64,000 bases of DNA from Callorhinchus milii. Its lineage: Eukaryota. The position numbers and the translations under genes were made by a program. A model generated the notes under the pieces. It had not been told where the DNA came from, did not search any database, and worked only from the letters and a program-made list of their open reading frames with translations. How positions within the stretch are numbered: position 1 is the stretch's first letter; each line of letters starts with the position of its first letter. Where the stretch lies: positions 27,156,001 to 27,220,000 of the forward strand of contig NW_024704748.1 in assembly GCF_018977255.1 (NCBI RefSeq), read 5' to 3'. Positions 29,125 to 42,600 of the stretch are shown in pieces.

Positions 29125-32100
29125 TCAGTTGATTCCGCCGGTCAGATCGTTCACCACTCCAGAGGTAACCAGGGACAGCAGGAAGAGCTTCTCCAGACTG
29201 ATGTCGTGCATGGCCTGAGCATTCATGGCGGCCATGCTCACCGTCTCGTAGTAGTGCATGGGAAGGTGCAGCTGGTTCATGTCATAGCCAAACCCAGCCA
29301 TGTTTACCTCGTCACACAGGTGCAGCGCTGTGATGATGGACGTCACACCCAACGTCGGGTGTTTCTGGGGACAAATGGACAGATTCTCATCACTTTTCAT
29401 TTTAGTTCAGGAAAGAACTTCCATTTTCTACAGTGGCTGATATCACAGCATTTCACATGCAATTACCATTGGGTGTTTTTGGGGGATCAGCTGCGTGATT
29501 TATTGGAATGGAATGCACATTCTCTCCCTGGAAGGACGCATCCTGCTTACCTAATTCCGGACAGTATTAATAGCAGGTTGGCAAGAGTCAAGGCTTGGGG
29601 ACCCCAGAATGTGTGTGTTGGGGTAACTACTGGAGTCTAACAAGCTAAAACCACACAGCTTGCCGTTGAGAGCAGTGTTTGGCAAGCTTTCCCACTGCTA
29701 GTCCAGCTAGGACCACCCATTAGGTGTAGTGACTTTCTCCAGGTAAATTCAGCAGCTGTTTTGCAGACATAGTTCTTGTGACACATTTAGTAACTGCTGC
29801 CAAGATCACCATTGCCTTCTGTGACTGCTTACCCTGCTCTCAACTTCAGACAATCCTAGATCAGGAGGCATGAGCTGTGAGCGGTTACCACACAGCTGCC
29901 AGTTCTGATCTGTAATAACTGTTTCTTCCAAACTTGCATTAGCTACCAGAGAGTGAGCACCCTGGCCAGGACCCTGTAATCTAGGCTGGGAATTTTCCAT
30001 TGTTCCTTCACATGTTATATCCCCGTCGCTTGCATAGTCACATGGAATGCTTCTGATGCCTCAGCTGATAAAAAGCAATCAGCAGTACTCTATATTCAAG
30101 TCAACCCGGCTCTGTGCTGAGAAAGGCTGGTGGAAAGGATCTGGGGTCCCAAACCAGATCAGTTTGAGGGAGGTTCGTACTATGCATGCAACCAGGGGGT
30201 AGGGGATTAGGTGCTGCCCTCCCATTGCTCTCCGCACTGCCTCTTGTGAGGTTGTACATGTCAGTGCGGAGGCCGATGGGACGAGAGGTGGGTGGATGTC
30301 CTCTTTCGAGCTGAGGCAGCATAACCTCACCCTTTGCTCTTTCAATAATTACTTTAATTATTTAATTACTTTAAACATCGCCAGACTACGGCACTACCTC
30401 ACCCCTCACGCTGCTGAAACCCTGGTCCACGCCTTTGTCACCTCAAGGCTGGACTATGGGAACTCTCTCCTCGCCGGCCTTCCCGCCACCTCCCTCCACA
30501 AGCTGCAGGTCATTCAGAACTCTGCAGCTCGTGTACTGTCCCGCACCAGACACCGCGATCACATCACTCCCACCCTCGCTCGCCTCCACTGGCTCCCCAT
30601 CCCCCAGAGGATTGATTTCAAGATCCTCATCCTCACCTACAAGGCCATTCACGGCCTTGCTCCTTCCTACCTCTCCAACCTACTATCCCCCTACCTACCT
30701 GCCCGTACCCTCCGTTCCTCTGGCTCCGGTCTGCTCCACGTCCCCCGCCCCAACCGCCCTACCATCGGTGGTCGGGCCTTCAGCCTCTCAGCCCCCAGGC
30801 TCTGGAACTCCATCCCCCAGTGCCTTCGCCGCTTCCTCCCTTTCCTCCTTCAAGGTCGGTCTCAAAACCTTTCTCTTTGACCGTGCCTTCAGCTCCCCTC
30901 TCGACTCTCTTCCCCCTCCTCGCTCCCTCCCTTCCCTCCCCTCACCCTGACCATTTCCCCCCTCCTTGCTCCCTCCCTTCCCTCACCCTGACCATTTCCC
31001 CCCTGCTCGGGTCATGACCCAACTGTACAGCGCCTTGGGACGTCCTCCTGACGTGAAAGGCGCTTTATAAATGGAATCTTGTTGTTGTTGTTTAAATCTA
31101 TACCCTCGAGCTACACAAGTGATAAGGCTTTGGGCATGATGTGGGACAGAAAGCGAGGAAGCAAGAGATGGATAGCCTCTGGGATGCTACCCTGTGTGGG
31201 GGTGCTGTATAAATGCAAGTTGTTGTAGATCCTTGAGTAGAAATAGGAGAGGGTAGAGTGAGAGGGTAAACTCCTATATTCCTGTGAGTTCCCCCAGAGA
31301 GGTTAGGAACTTGTAACCTGGGCTCCAATCCCATCCCTCTGACCCTCAGTTGAAGGGTTGTACATTACCATCCATTTCCATTGGCTGCTGTGGGGATCTG
31401 GGTAGCTCAGGAAGTTGAGTGCTGTTTCCCGAATGATATCCAAGTTAAAAATCCGGAAATTCTCCACCTTCAGGGGGATGGACTCCACCACAGATTGCCA
31501 AAACCACAACTTCTCCGCAAAGGTCTAAAGGAAAACAAGGAACTGTGTTGATGACAGGCAGTGATTCCCTGTGTAGCCTGGCTCGTGTCTGGCCTCTGGT
31601 TAGAAGGTTTAAGGCCCACACAAGAACATAAGCTTCTCATCCAGGGTTAATGATCCAACACACTCACGAGGAGTGCAGTGTCAGCAATATCATCATTTGG
31701 AGAAGACAGGAACAGGAAGAGGCCTTTCAGCGCATTGAGACAGTTCCACCAATTGTCAGGTCTCGTAATTCCATTTCCCTGCCTCTTCTCCTTACCCCGT
31801 AATAATAATAATTATTGAATTTGATATAGCACCTCATCACATCCTTGAGATGTCTCAATATACTGTAAAGTGAATTGACTGTATATTTTGCAGGCAGAAA
31901 GGAGCAGCCAAGTGTGCACAGCAGCGTCCCACAAACAGTTGTGGAGTGAGGGAACAAATAATTATTGTTTTTGAAGGGATTATTATCCCCGGAAAAGCGA
32001 TCCGCCAATTGACTAACAACCAGGTTCCAACTTACTGTGGGGTAAACAGGTGTGTAGAGTAAGGAAACTTGCCTAAGGTTTCGCCCTGCCCAGAATTGAA

Positions 32101-35100
32101 CCCAGGTCCTCTCACTTGTGAGGCAACTGCTCTAACTACTGGGCTAAAGGACTCTGCACTATAATACCTTTATTTTAAATATCCCAATTCCTTCTACAAG
32201 CTTATGAGGCAGTGCATTCTACATTCTCACCGCCCTGTGTGAAGAAATGATTTGTGTCTCTAAATCATCCTAACCATCCAAATCGAATTATCAGATTTCT
32301 CACCATTGGCTTCTTACTGACCACCGCTTTGAGCCAAGCAAAGTCTGCGCTCTTATAAATCACTGCCACGAATAGTGATTTAGGATCATAGTCTATGGGA
32401 GTCTTTGAAGCCCCCTCCGGGTAAGTGATCCGCAAGGTGGTCTTTGAGCCCACATCCTGCTCGTAACCCACCACAGGCCCGTTGTTCATCCTGATGGAGA
32501 GAGAGGACAACTTAACAATAGCATGCAATTATATAGCGCCTTCCACGCAGGGTAGTGTCTCAGAGCGCTTAGCAGTGGCAGAGCCTGACTCCGAACCGGA
32601 GCGGTGGGGGAGGTGGCCATAAGCACAGTCAAAGAGGAAGGCTTTCATGTGGGACTTGGAAAAAGTGGAGAGAGGGGGCAAGATGGAGGGATTGAGGGAG
32701 AGTGTTCCAGAGTTTGGTGGCGTAGTGGCTGAAAGTGCGACCTCCAATGCTGGCGCAGAGGGTGCGAGGGACCAGCAGGAGGCCGGGGCCAGTCGAGTGG
32801 AGGCACCAGGTGGTGGATTGGGGAGTGAGGAGGTCGGAGAGGGAGGGAGGTGCCAGAGAGTGAAGGGATTTGAACACGTGTGAGGATCTTGAATTTGATC
32901 CGTTCAGCGATAGGGAGTCAGTGTGGGTTCGTCACCTGATAACAATGTGGTGCTGATCAATGTAAGGCCCGAGCTTGCTCCCGATCAGGATGCCTCCGTT
33001 GCCCACCACAACGCACCTCCTGCATCCCACTGGCCCCAACCTCTCCGGAAGGCCAGTTTCCGGCAACATGCTCAGGATCTCTTGCAGTTGCTCCTCACAC
33101 CCCTGAAACCCATACGGTGGCTTGTAGGGCAGTGTGTCCTGGGACCCAGGAAGCCCCCTCTCCTCCACAAACACAGGCACCTGCATCAGGCGCTTGGTGG
33201 GGTACCGGGCATAGAGCTTCACTTGGCTTGAGTTTGGCCTGCAACGCTGTGCTAGTATCTGCGCTGTTTGGTTATGGAGCCTCTGGAAAGAACACAGAAC
33301 ATTTCACTCCAGTTTCTCTCTGTCTCACACGCACGCACACACTCCTTGCATTTGATGTAGAATCAAAATGTCTCAAAACATGCAATTGTACCAAGTGTAA
33401 TGACTTGTAGGCAAATTTGTCTCAGAGTGTGTGTTGGGATCACTGCTGGAGTCTAACCAGCTAAAACCACACATAGCTTGCCATTGATATCACTATCTGG
33501 CCAGCTTTCCAGCCGCTTGTCCAGCTAGGACCACCCAACCAGTTAGGGCTTTGGCTCGCAGGGTTAACGAGAGCTGAGTGGGAGGATTCCCTGCCCCAGT
33601 GACTGGTCCGACCCTGACAATGTTGCTCTTCTCCCAGCACTGTACCAAGTGTCAGCCTGGACTGTGAGCTCAAAATCCCAACGTGGGTTAAACCCTGACT
33701 GATGCAATGCTATTATCTCAGTAAATTCTAAGAAATGACTTGAGACAATACAACAATATAGATGTGATATCAACTGCATATTGTACGAGCTGCTGTTGGA
33801 TTAAGGCTTGGGTGAGCAAACTCCAGCAGTGTGGCTTTGAAGCATTTCCCAGCCTTTGTCAGGCCTGGAATCACTCACTGCCGCCATAGAGACACCACCA
33901 ACATCCAGACTGAGCTGGCAGGGTGTGCGTGGGAGTGAATGTTTCAGTATTTGGCACCTAACTCCAGAGCCAGATGCTTCCACACTTTATAATAATAATT
34001 TTTACATTTGATGCAGAACCTTATCACGTCTTCGAGACGTCTCAAAGCGCTTCACACAATGTACTGTAAAGTGAATTGACTGTGTATTTTGTGGGCGAAA
34101 CACGACAGCATAAACAGTCATGGATTGAGTGACCAAATTTTTTTTTTGGTGAAGGGATTATTATCCCCGGAAAAGCGGTCCGCCAATCGACTAACAACCG
34201 GGTTCCTATTTACCGCTGGGTAAACAGGCGTGTGGAGTATGGAATCTTGACTACCGTTTGGCCCTGCCCGGGAATCAAACCCGGGTCCTCTCGCTTGCTA
34301 TAACCTCTAAGCTACAGGACTACACAGTTACAACACCCATCTCTTAGCCCTGGCTTGAACATTATACAAATAGTAGCTGAATGAAAGAGTACAGCCCATG
34401 TTCCTACCGCAATCCTGCTGGGCGCCATGGTATAGGACTTCAAGGTATCTGCTTTGTGGTAGTAGGAAGGAAGGAGCATGATCATGTAACAGAAGCTGAG
34501 GAGCATCAGGGATATCATCCGGGTATGTGGCCTGGAAGAACCAAGAAGGGTCGTCAGGAGGAAACGTGTGAAGAGCGATAGAACTCCTTGCACTCCGCAA
34601 TGGCCCAGCCGGTAAATAATAATCTAATAATACTTGCATTTGATACGGCACCTTATCACATCTTTGAGACATCTCAAAGCGCTTCACGGGATATACGCGA
34701 AACAATTGTGCACGCGGTGTCCCACAAACAGTAATGGATTGAGTGACCAAATTATTATTTTGTTTTGAAGAGATTATTACCCCCGGAAAAGCAATCCTCC
34801 AATTAACTAACGCCCAAGTTCCTACTTACTGCTAAGTAAGCAGAGGCATGTGGACTAAGGACTCTTGCCTAAGGTTCCGCCCTGCCTGGGAATGAACCCC
34901 AGGTCCTTTCACTTGCGAGGCGAGTGCTCTAACCACTGAGCTGCAGGACTCTTACTTGTAACTGAGCTGATCTCAGGGTTCGGGACTGATGCGTGCCTCA
35001 GCCTCGCTATCCTCCAGTGAGTTAGAGAAGAGAAAACAAAATCAGCTGTGAATCTCTGTTCTGATCACTGTCCAGATCCCCACACCAGTGCTGGAAGGTG

Positions 35101-35806
35101 CTTGTGTTCAGACCTTGGGTGAGGACAGGATTGGGCCTTGGATCTGATGTGCCCCAAGGTTGAAAATACCTGTCCTCACTCACATCTGAGTGTGCGTGGG
35201 TCCGACCCTCAACAACACTAAGACCTTGCATTTAAATAGCACCTTTCACGTGGGGTAATGTCCCAGAGCGCTATGGATAGTGAAAAGGAATGGAGAGAAA
35301 CCCCTCTGTAGAGTGTGTCGTGCCTCTAACTGCCTGACTTGTTGCTGTCAACAACAACAACAAGATTACATTTGTTTAGCCTTTCATGTCAAAAGGACGC
35401 CCCAAGGCACTGTATTGCCAATAGCTAACCAGGGCCCTGGGCTGTGAGAGCACTCAGGGAGGTGACCTTTCTGACAGATGAAGCAATGTGTGTTTACCTA
35501 ACCAAGCTCTCTTGTTACCAAAGCAATGTCACCTTCACATATGTGCAGTGTCTTGCTATATAAATGTAAGTTATTGTTGGTTCTTTTGCCAATTATCTTA
35601 AATCTGTGTCCTTTGGTTACCGACCCACCTGCCAGGTTCTCCCTGGCTACTCTATCAAAACCTCTCCTCATTTTGAACACTTCTGTTAAATCTCCCCTCC
35701 CTTCTGTTCTAATGGTCCTCTGGGCCCTAACGTAGGTGTCTGTAGAACGGACCCACAGAGAGGAATGTCTCTGTACTCACCTCCTACATATTATCCGCAG
35801 CCACAT
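29125..35806 (-). CDS. st3gal7: Alpha-2,3-sialyltransferase, ST3GAL5 (GM3 synthase)-like, probably ST3Gal VII; about 359 aa
   Basis: Exons 35806-35781 (MWLRIICRR), 34531-34408 (TM segment [20 protein letters not shown]), 33282-32936, 32490-32304, 31524-31369, 29364-29125. Sialylmotifs L ([13 protein letters not shown]...[19 protein letters not shown]), S ([25 protein letters not shown]), III (HYYE) and VS (HDISLE). The GT29/ST3GAL family call is secure; the st3gal7 subfamily call is inference. Confidence 0.8.
30368..31092 (+). mobile_element. L2 LINE 3' fragment (ORF2 C-terminus and 3' UTR with (TTG)n tail)
   Basis: ORF 30296-30880 reads [25 protein letters not shown]...QNSAARVL...[23 protein letters not shown]...APRLWNSIP, a typical L2 ORF2 end. 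Confidence 0.92.
32525..32925 (-). mobile_element. L2 LINE 3' fragment
   Basis: Translation [16 protein letters not shown]...[17 protein letters not shown], plus L2-type tail. Confidence 0.8.
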
Positions 35807-36521
35807 CTCATTGTTTCTAGAGAGCCTGAAAACCAAGGGGAGCGATCAGACAATCAACTCTGCGTCAGTCACTGCAGCGAGCGGCAAAAATGATCAGTTG
35901 ATTTCACCCTCGTGACGTGAAAGGCACTATAGAAATGTACATTTGTGTCCTATTGTCTACACCGTTAATGACACTAACATTGCTAAATCTTACTGAAGAA
36001 ATTCTGTCCTCCACTCCCCCCACCCCCCCACCCATCTGATGACCTCTTAATCCTTGAGTACAGTTCTAAACATGCCGCCCCCCTCCCCCCCCCCTCCATG
36101 TCCTCACCAAGAGTGATTCTTTGGGGTGGTGGGTGGGGGGAGGGAAGGGGGAAGAAGTGAGAGAGAGATTGAAATGAATCAGGGAACAACTTATCTCATT
36201 AAAATGTCTCCATACCCACTGGAAAATTAATTAGGTAGAAACTATTTATATTGTTTTAAACAATAGCTGGAGGGCATCAATTTATGGTCTTCATGATGAA
36301 GCACAAGTGGTCAGGATAAACAGTATGACACACTCATTTTAAACAATGACATCTTCAGTGATATCTAATTTCCTCTGACTGTACGCTTGTTGCAAAATGG
36401 TCTCCCTGGGTTTATCAATGACTTCATTAATTCTCATTGGATTCGTAGGTTTATTACAAAGGGATATGGAAGCCCCCATTGGCTGAAGTAGATAATAGCT
36501 GTTGAAAGGGAATTAGTTAGA

Positions 36522-36836
36522 TAATAATAATAATAATCCTTGCATTTGATATAGCGCTTCTCACATCTTCCCGACGTCTCAAAGAGCTTCACAGAATATG
36601 CTGTAAAGTGAATTGACTGTATATTTGTAGGAGAAATGCGGCAGCCAATTGCACACAGCCGCGTCCCGCAAACAGTCGTGGATTGAAGATGACCGATTTA
36701 TTATTGTTTTGGGGGGGGATTATTATAAGGTGTGTGGAGTAAGGAAACTTGCCCAAGGTTTCGCCCTCTGCCTGGAATTGAACCCAGGTGTCTCGCTTGC
36801 AAGGCGAGTGCTCTAACCACTGAGCTACAGGACTCC
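36522..36836 (-). mobile_element. Full-length tRNA(Ala)-derived SINE (close relative at ~53345-53674)
   Basis: A-box tagctcagtgg, TGC anticodon-like loop, B-box ggttcaattcc, Deu-like core and (TTA)n tail. Confidence 0.85.
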
Positions 36837-36869
36837 ACATACCCATGTAATGTAGATATCACTGTCACT

Positions 36870-37672
36870 GATCTGGGAGTGCAGTGGGAGCTTTACTGTG
36901 TCTCTAACCCTGACCTGGGAGTGTGGACACACAGTGTAGAGGGAGCTTTACTGTGTCTCTAACCCTGACCTGGGAGTGTGGACACACAGTGTAGAGGGAG
37001 CTTTACTGTGTCTCTAACCCTGACCTGGGAGTGTGGACACACAGTGTAGAGGAGCGTTACTGTGTCTCTAACCCTGACCTGGGAGTGTGGACACACAGTG
37101 TAGAGGAGCTTTACTGTGTCTCTAACCCTGACCTGGGAGTGTGGACACACAGTGTAGAGGAGCGTTACTGTGTCTCTAACCCTGACCTGGGAGTGTGGAC
37201 ACACAGTGTAGAGGAGCTTTACTGTGTCTCTAACCCTGACCTGGGAGTGTGGACACACAGTGTAGAGGAGCTTTACTGTGTCTCTAACCCTGACCTGGGA
37301 GTGTGGACACACAGTGTAGAGGAGCGTTACTGTGTCTCTAACCCTGACCTGGGAGTGTGGACACACAGTGTAGAGGAGCGTTACTGCGTCTGTAACCCTG
37401 ACCTGGGAGTGTGGACGGACGCACAGTGTAGAGGAGCGTTACTGTGTCTCTAACCCTGACCTGGGAGTGTGGACACACAGTGTAGAGGAGCGTTACTGTG
37501 TCTCTAACCCTGACCTGGGAGTGTGGACACACAGTGTAGAGGAGCTTTACTGTGTCTCTAACCCTGACCTGGGAGTGTGGACACACAGTGTAGATGGAGC
37601 TTTACTGTGTCTCTAACCCTGACCTGGGAGTGTGGACACACAGTGTAGATGGAGCTTTACTGTGTCCCTAAA
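36870..37672. repeat. 54-55-bp minisatellite (actgtgtctctaaccctgacctgggagtgtggacacacagtgtagaggagcttt)n
   Basis: About 14 tandem copies; 18-aa periodicity in the ORF track. Confidence 0.95.
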
Positions 37673-37772
37673 CCGTGCTGTCGCTGTTGCTTATCTTAAA
37701 GTTGAATTGTGGGTTTACTTGTGGGGGAGTCTGGAGACAGAAACCCTCAGAGATGAATGTTTCCGTACTCAC

Positions 37773-37835
37773 CGGTGAGTGACCCAGGCCTTGAGACAAC
37801 TGATCAACACACACATCCTGTTGTTTCCACAGAGC
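37773..37835 (-). CDS. Duplicated alternative 5' coding exon of the sialyltransferase (MCVLISCLKAWVTHR)
   Basis: 63-nt exon with tttcag acceptor and gtgagta donor, homologous to exon 35825-35781 including intron flanks. ATG at 37816. Ends in phase 2, like its paralogue. Confidence 0.55.
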
Positions 37836-38081
37836 CTGAAAACCAAGGGCATGATCAGATCAGACAACGCTGACCCTTTACAGAACTGCTTCACAGTGAC
37901 TCTCAGCGACGGCAAACCAAGAATGATATTATCATTGATTCTGACATTGGTAACGTTTTTTGAACAAATTCTATCTTTCCCCTCTCTGCACAATCTCCCA
38001 CCCCCCACCTTTCTGATCTCTATATGCTTCCCCTTGGTTTGAATTCAAAGTAAGCTCCCCCTCCCCCCACCACCCATGTAA

Positions 38082-38614
38082 TGTGGACGCACAGTGTAGA
38101 GGGATCTTTACTGTGTCTCTAACCCTGACCTGGGAGTGTGGACACACAATGTAGAGGGAGCGTTACTGTGTCTCTAACCCTGACCTGGGAGTGTGGACAC
38201 ACAGTGTAGAGGATCTTTACTGTGTCTCTAACCCTGACCTGGGAGTGTGGACACACAATGTAGAGGGAGCGTTACTGTGTCTCTAACCCTGACCTGGGAG
38301 TGTGGACACACAGTGTAGAGGGAGCGTTACTGTGTCTCTAACCCTGACCTGGGAGTGTGGACACACAGTGTAGAGGAGCGTTACTGCGTCTGTAACCCTG
38401 ACCTGGGAGTGTGGACGCACAGTGTAGAGGGAGCGTTACTGTGTCTCTAACCCTGACCCGGGAGTGTGGACACACAGTGTAGAGGAGCGTTACTGTGTCT
38501 CTAACCCTGACCTGGGAGTGTGGACACACAGTGTAGAGGAGCTTTACTGTGTCTCTAACCCTGACCTGGAAGTGTGGACACACAGTGTAGAGGGAGTTTT
38601 ACTGTGTCTCTAAC
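38082..38614. repeat. Second array of the same 54-55-bp minisatellite
   Basis: About 9-10 tandem copies. Confidence 0.95.
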
Positions 38615-39787
38615 TAGTGGTGTAATTGACCTGTGAGTGTGGATGCTATAAAATAAATATTTCCCTGGCACCGACATTTCTCTTTCGTAAACAGAAAATG
38701 TAACTTCCCCTGAGCAAAACCACAAGCTCGGGCAATCCTCACTGGTCAAAGGTGTGTGAGGCTTACTTACTCACTGCCTGGACAGGCTGTCGGACTCCCA
38801 ATTAATCACCGCAATGTCTCCCAGCACCTGCTCACATGGATTTCCGTTTGCTTCAGTCTTCCACAAGGTGAGATGGATCAGGTATTGTCTTTACTGTTCG
38901 GCCTCACTTTCCCATCGGCCCCCAATCCACTTCTCATTGCTGAATGTGGGAGTAATTTAGGTTCGGTGCTAGTCCCATCCTGTTCATCGTGTAATGTTAG
39001 GCTCACCGGCTGTGTCTGGCTCACAATAAACCTGCCTTTACCTGCAGCAGCTGGTGTCCATGCTACCCTCCTGCTTTATCAGCACAGAAAAAGCACTGAC
39101 AAACATGTCACTGCTGGCGCTCAGCAGCCTGATGAGAACACAGGTGAACTGCAGTGACGAAACCCTCTGTGTATTTGTTTAATCATTCACAGCTTGGATT
39201 GAAGCCAAGTGAACTTTGACCAACAGTCAAATATTCTTTCTTTCCTCCAGTCCTCCAGAAATGCCCAAACATTAAAACTTCACACACACATACACTTGGA
39301 CACAGAAAGTTGTTAGAACCTTTGTTACAGTCTGGAATAAATTGCCCGAAAGGCTGGTGGAAGCAGATTCAATAGTAGCTTTCAAAAGGGAATTAGAAAG
39401 TACAGTACTTAAAACAGAAACATTTGCAGGTTCTATGGGGTAAGAGTGGAGGAGTGGGACTAGTTGGTAATTGTTTCAAGGAGCCATCACAGGCACGAAG
39501 GACTGAATGGCCTCCTTCTTTGTGTTAATATTCTATGATTCTATAGTAATTTTTACAGCATTTCGGAGAGAATGGAGTAAATACCTGAGGAAATATAATG
39601 TTGAGAGATGTGGAGAAAAGAGCAGGTGATGGGATTTTATCTGTTGGTTGCACCCACCTATTTAATCTCCTCTAAAAATGGTGTATAAAGCTTTTTGCTG
39701 CCTCTTTTCAAATGTAAACCGACAACATATTGATCTGAGGTGCACACACCTGTATTATTTGTGTGAGGCGTTTACCAGCTTCCATTA

Positions 39788-42600
39788 CCATAAGAGGTAG
39801 GAGCAGGAGTAGGCCATTCAGCCCCTCGAGCCTGCCCCGACATTTAATATGATTATGGCTGATCTTCTAACCTAACTCCATTTACCCGCCCTATCCCCAT
39901 ATCTCTTAATCCCTCTATCCCTTTAGATATCTATCAACCTCAGTCTTGAATATGTTCAAGGACTGAGCATCCACAGCCTCTGGGGTAGAGAATTCCACAA
40001 ATTCACAACCCTCTGAGTGAAGAAATGTTTCAATTCAGTTCAAAAAGGCTGACCCTTAATCTTGAGACTATGACCTCTAGTTTTAGATTCTCCAACCGGG
40101 GAAACAGTCTCATGGCATCTACCCTGTCAAGACCCTTAAGAATCTTATAGGTTTCTACAAGATCACCTCTAATTCTTCTATATTCTGGAGAACATAGGCC
40201 AAGTTTACTCAACCTAATCTCATAGGCCAACCCCCTCATCCCAGGAACCAACCTAGTGAATCTACGCTGCACTCTCTCTAAGAAGAGGATGTCCTTTCTT
40301 AAATAAGGAGACAAAACTGCACACAATATTCTAGGTGCGGTCTCTCCAAGGCCTTATACAACTGCAGCAAGACTTCCCTACTCTTGTACTCTAACCCTTT
40401 TGCAACGAACGCCAACATGGCATTAGCCTTCCTAGTTGCTTGCTGTATCTGCATACTAACTTTTTGTGACTGGTGTACAAGGATCCCAAATCCCTCTGAA
40501 CACTAACACTACCCAGTCTCTCTCCCTCTAGAAAATAATCCGCTTTTCTATTTTTACTACCTAGGTGAATAACGTCACACTTCCCCATGTTATACTCCAT
40601 CTGCCCCTTCTTGCCCACTCTTGCCCTAGCCTGTCTATTTCCCTTTGCATTCTTCGTGTGTCATCCTCACAGCTCACGCTCCCACCTATCTTTGTATCAT
40701 CCGTGAATTTAGATATGTTAAGTTCGATTTCCTCATCTAAATCATTGATATAGACTGTAAATAATTGAGGTCCAAGCACTGATCCTTGTGGCACTCCATT
40801 AGTCACATCCCGCCAAGCTGGACCAGTTTATCCCTACTCTGTTTTCTTCCTGTTAGCCACTCTCCAATCCATGCTAATATATTATCTTTAATTCCACCGG
40901 CTCTAATCTTATGCAACAGCCTTTTATGTGGCACTTTGTCGAATGCCTTCCGGAAATCCAAATACACCACACCTACTGGTTTCCCCCATCTAACCTGCTA
41001 GTTACATCCTCAAAAATCTCTATAAGATTTGTTAAACATGATTTCCCTTTCGTAAAGCCATGTTGACGCTGCCTAATCATGTTGTGATTTTCTAAGTATC
41101 CCACGACGACGTCCCTAATTAAGGACTCGAGAATTTTCCCTACCACCGATGTCAGACTGACTGGTCTACAGTTCCCCATTTTTTGTCTCCCACCTTCTTA
41201 AATATCAGCATTACGTTTGCGATTCCAATCACTGGGAACCATTCCAGAATCCAGGGAATTTGGGAAGATCAAAAACAAAGCATCCACTATCTCTGCAGCC
41301 GCCCCTTTATAAACCCTGGGATGCCGGCCATCAGGTGCAGGGGATTTATCGGTTTTTAATCCTATCAATTTCTCTAGTACTATTGCTTTACTGATGTTCA
41401 TTTCTTTAAGTTCCTCACTAACATTAGCCTCCAGGTTCCCCTCTACTTTCGGTAAATTTTCAGTGTCCTCTAACCTGAAAACAGAAGCAAAAATATTTGT
41501 TTAATGACTACCATTTCTTTATTCTCCATTATAATTTCTCCCGTCTCCGCCTGCAATGGACCCACATGCACTTTTGATAGTCTCTTCCTCTTTACGTACT
41601 TGTGAAAACTCTTACGATCTGTCTTTATGTTCCTCGCGAGTTTACCCTTGTATTTCATTTTCTCCCTTTCTTCAGTTTCTCGGTTTTCCTTTGCTGTTCT
41701 CTAAAGCCCTCCCAATCCTCAGGTTTGCTGCTGTTTTTGGCAGTATTATAGGCCTCTTCTTTTAACTTTATACTTTCCCCAACTTCTCTGGTTAGCCAAA
41801 GTGGAACCATTTTTCCCCGTGGTATTTTGTATTTTTCAAGGGAATATGTGATCGCTGGGAATTATATATTATATGTGTAAACGTTTGCCATTGCTGGTCT
41901 ACCATCATGTTTTTTAAATCTAATTTCCCAGTCTATTTTAGCCAAAGCTTTGCTCATACCTGCAAAGTTGGCTCTGTTTAAATTTAAGATCCTTGCTTCG
42001 GATTCAACAATATCACTAACTTAATGTTAAATTCCATCATGTTATGGTCACTCTGCCCTCGAGGAGCCTTAACTTCCAGATTGCTGATTAGCCCTATTTC
42101 ATTACACAAAACAAGATCTAGGATCGCCTGCTCCCTGGTTGGTTCCTCAGCATATTGTTCTAGAAAACTACCTCTAATGCATTCTATAAACTCATTCTCT
42201 AATTTACTTTTGCCATTTTGGTTTTCCCAGTCTCTATGAAGATTGAAATCACCCGCTATTAGTGTATTCCCTTGCTACACGCTCCTCTAATTTCCTGATT
42301 AATACCCTGCCCAATACTGTAACTGCTGTTTGGGGGTCTATAAACTACTCCTTACTAGTGTTTCCTGCCCCTTGTTGTTTCTTACCTCCACCCTCTAACC
42401 CCCCCACCTTGTTTTCCACATTGCTCTTTCCTATATGTCGAATACCCCGGAATGTTTAGCTCCCACCTTTGGTCTCCCTGTAACCACGTCTCAGTAATAG
42501 CCACTATATCATACCCATTTATATCTATTTGTGCACTTAATTTGTCTCTCTTGTTAAGAATGCTTCATGTCTTCAGATATAGAGCATTTAATTTTGACTT
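39788..42600 (-). mobile_element. Decayed CR1-type LINE (ORF2 fragments with frameshifts)
   Basis: Fragments NCRPVSLTSVVGKILES...QHGFTKGKSCLTNL, GVPQGSVLGPQLFTVYINDL...[24 protein letters not shown]...RRIRGDLVETYKIL. CR1 3' end ggccattcagccc near 39810. Confidence 0.93.

Noticed and set aside
29092-29640. 182-aa plus-strand ORF
   Set aside because: It is the antisense shadow of the last sialyltransferase exon plus repeat sequence.
36760-36836. tRNA-Ala(TGC)-like sequence (also near 3196, 22014, 53600, 56361)
   Set aside because: Each continues into a SINE body and lacks a proper acceptor stem, so these are SINE heads, not tRNA genes.
36870-38614. Possible CRISPR-like array or telomeric sequence (taaccct in each unit)
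   Set aside because: Units are contiguous with no unique spacers, there are no cas genes and the context is eukaryotic. There is only a single telomere-like heptamer per unit.
39128-39165. Hammerhead-ribozyme-like CTGATGA...GAAA
   Set aside because: The intervening sequence cannot form stem II, and no flanking stems are evident.
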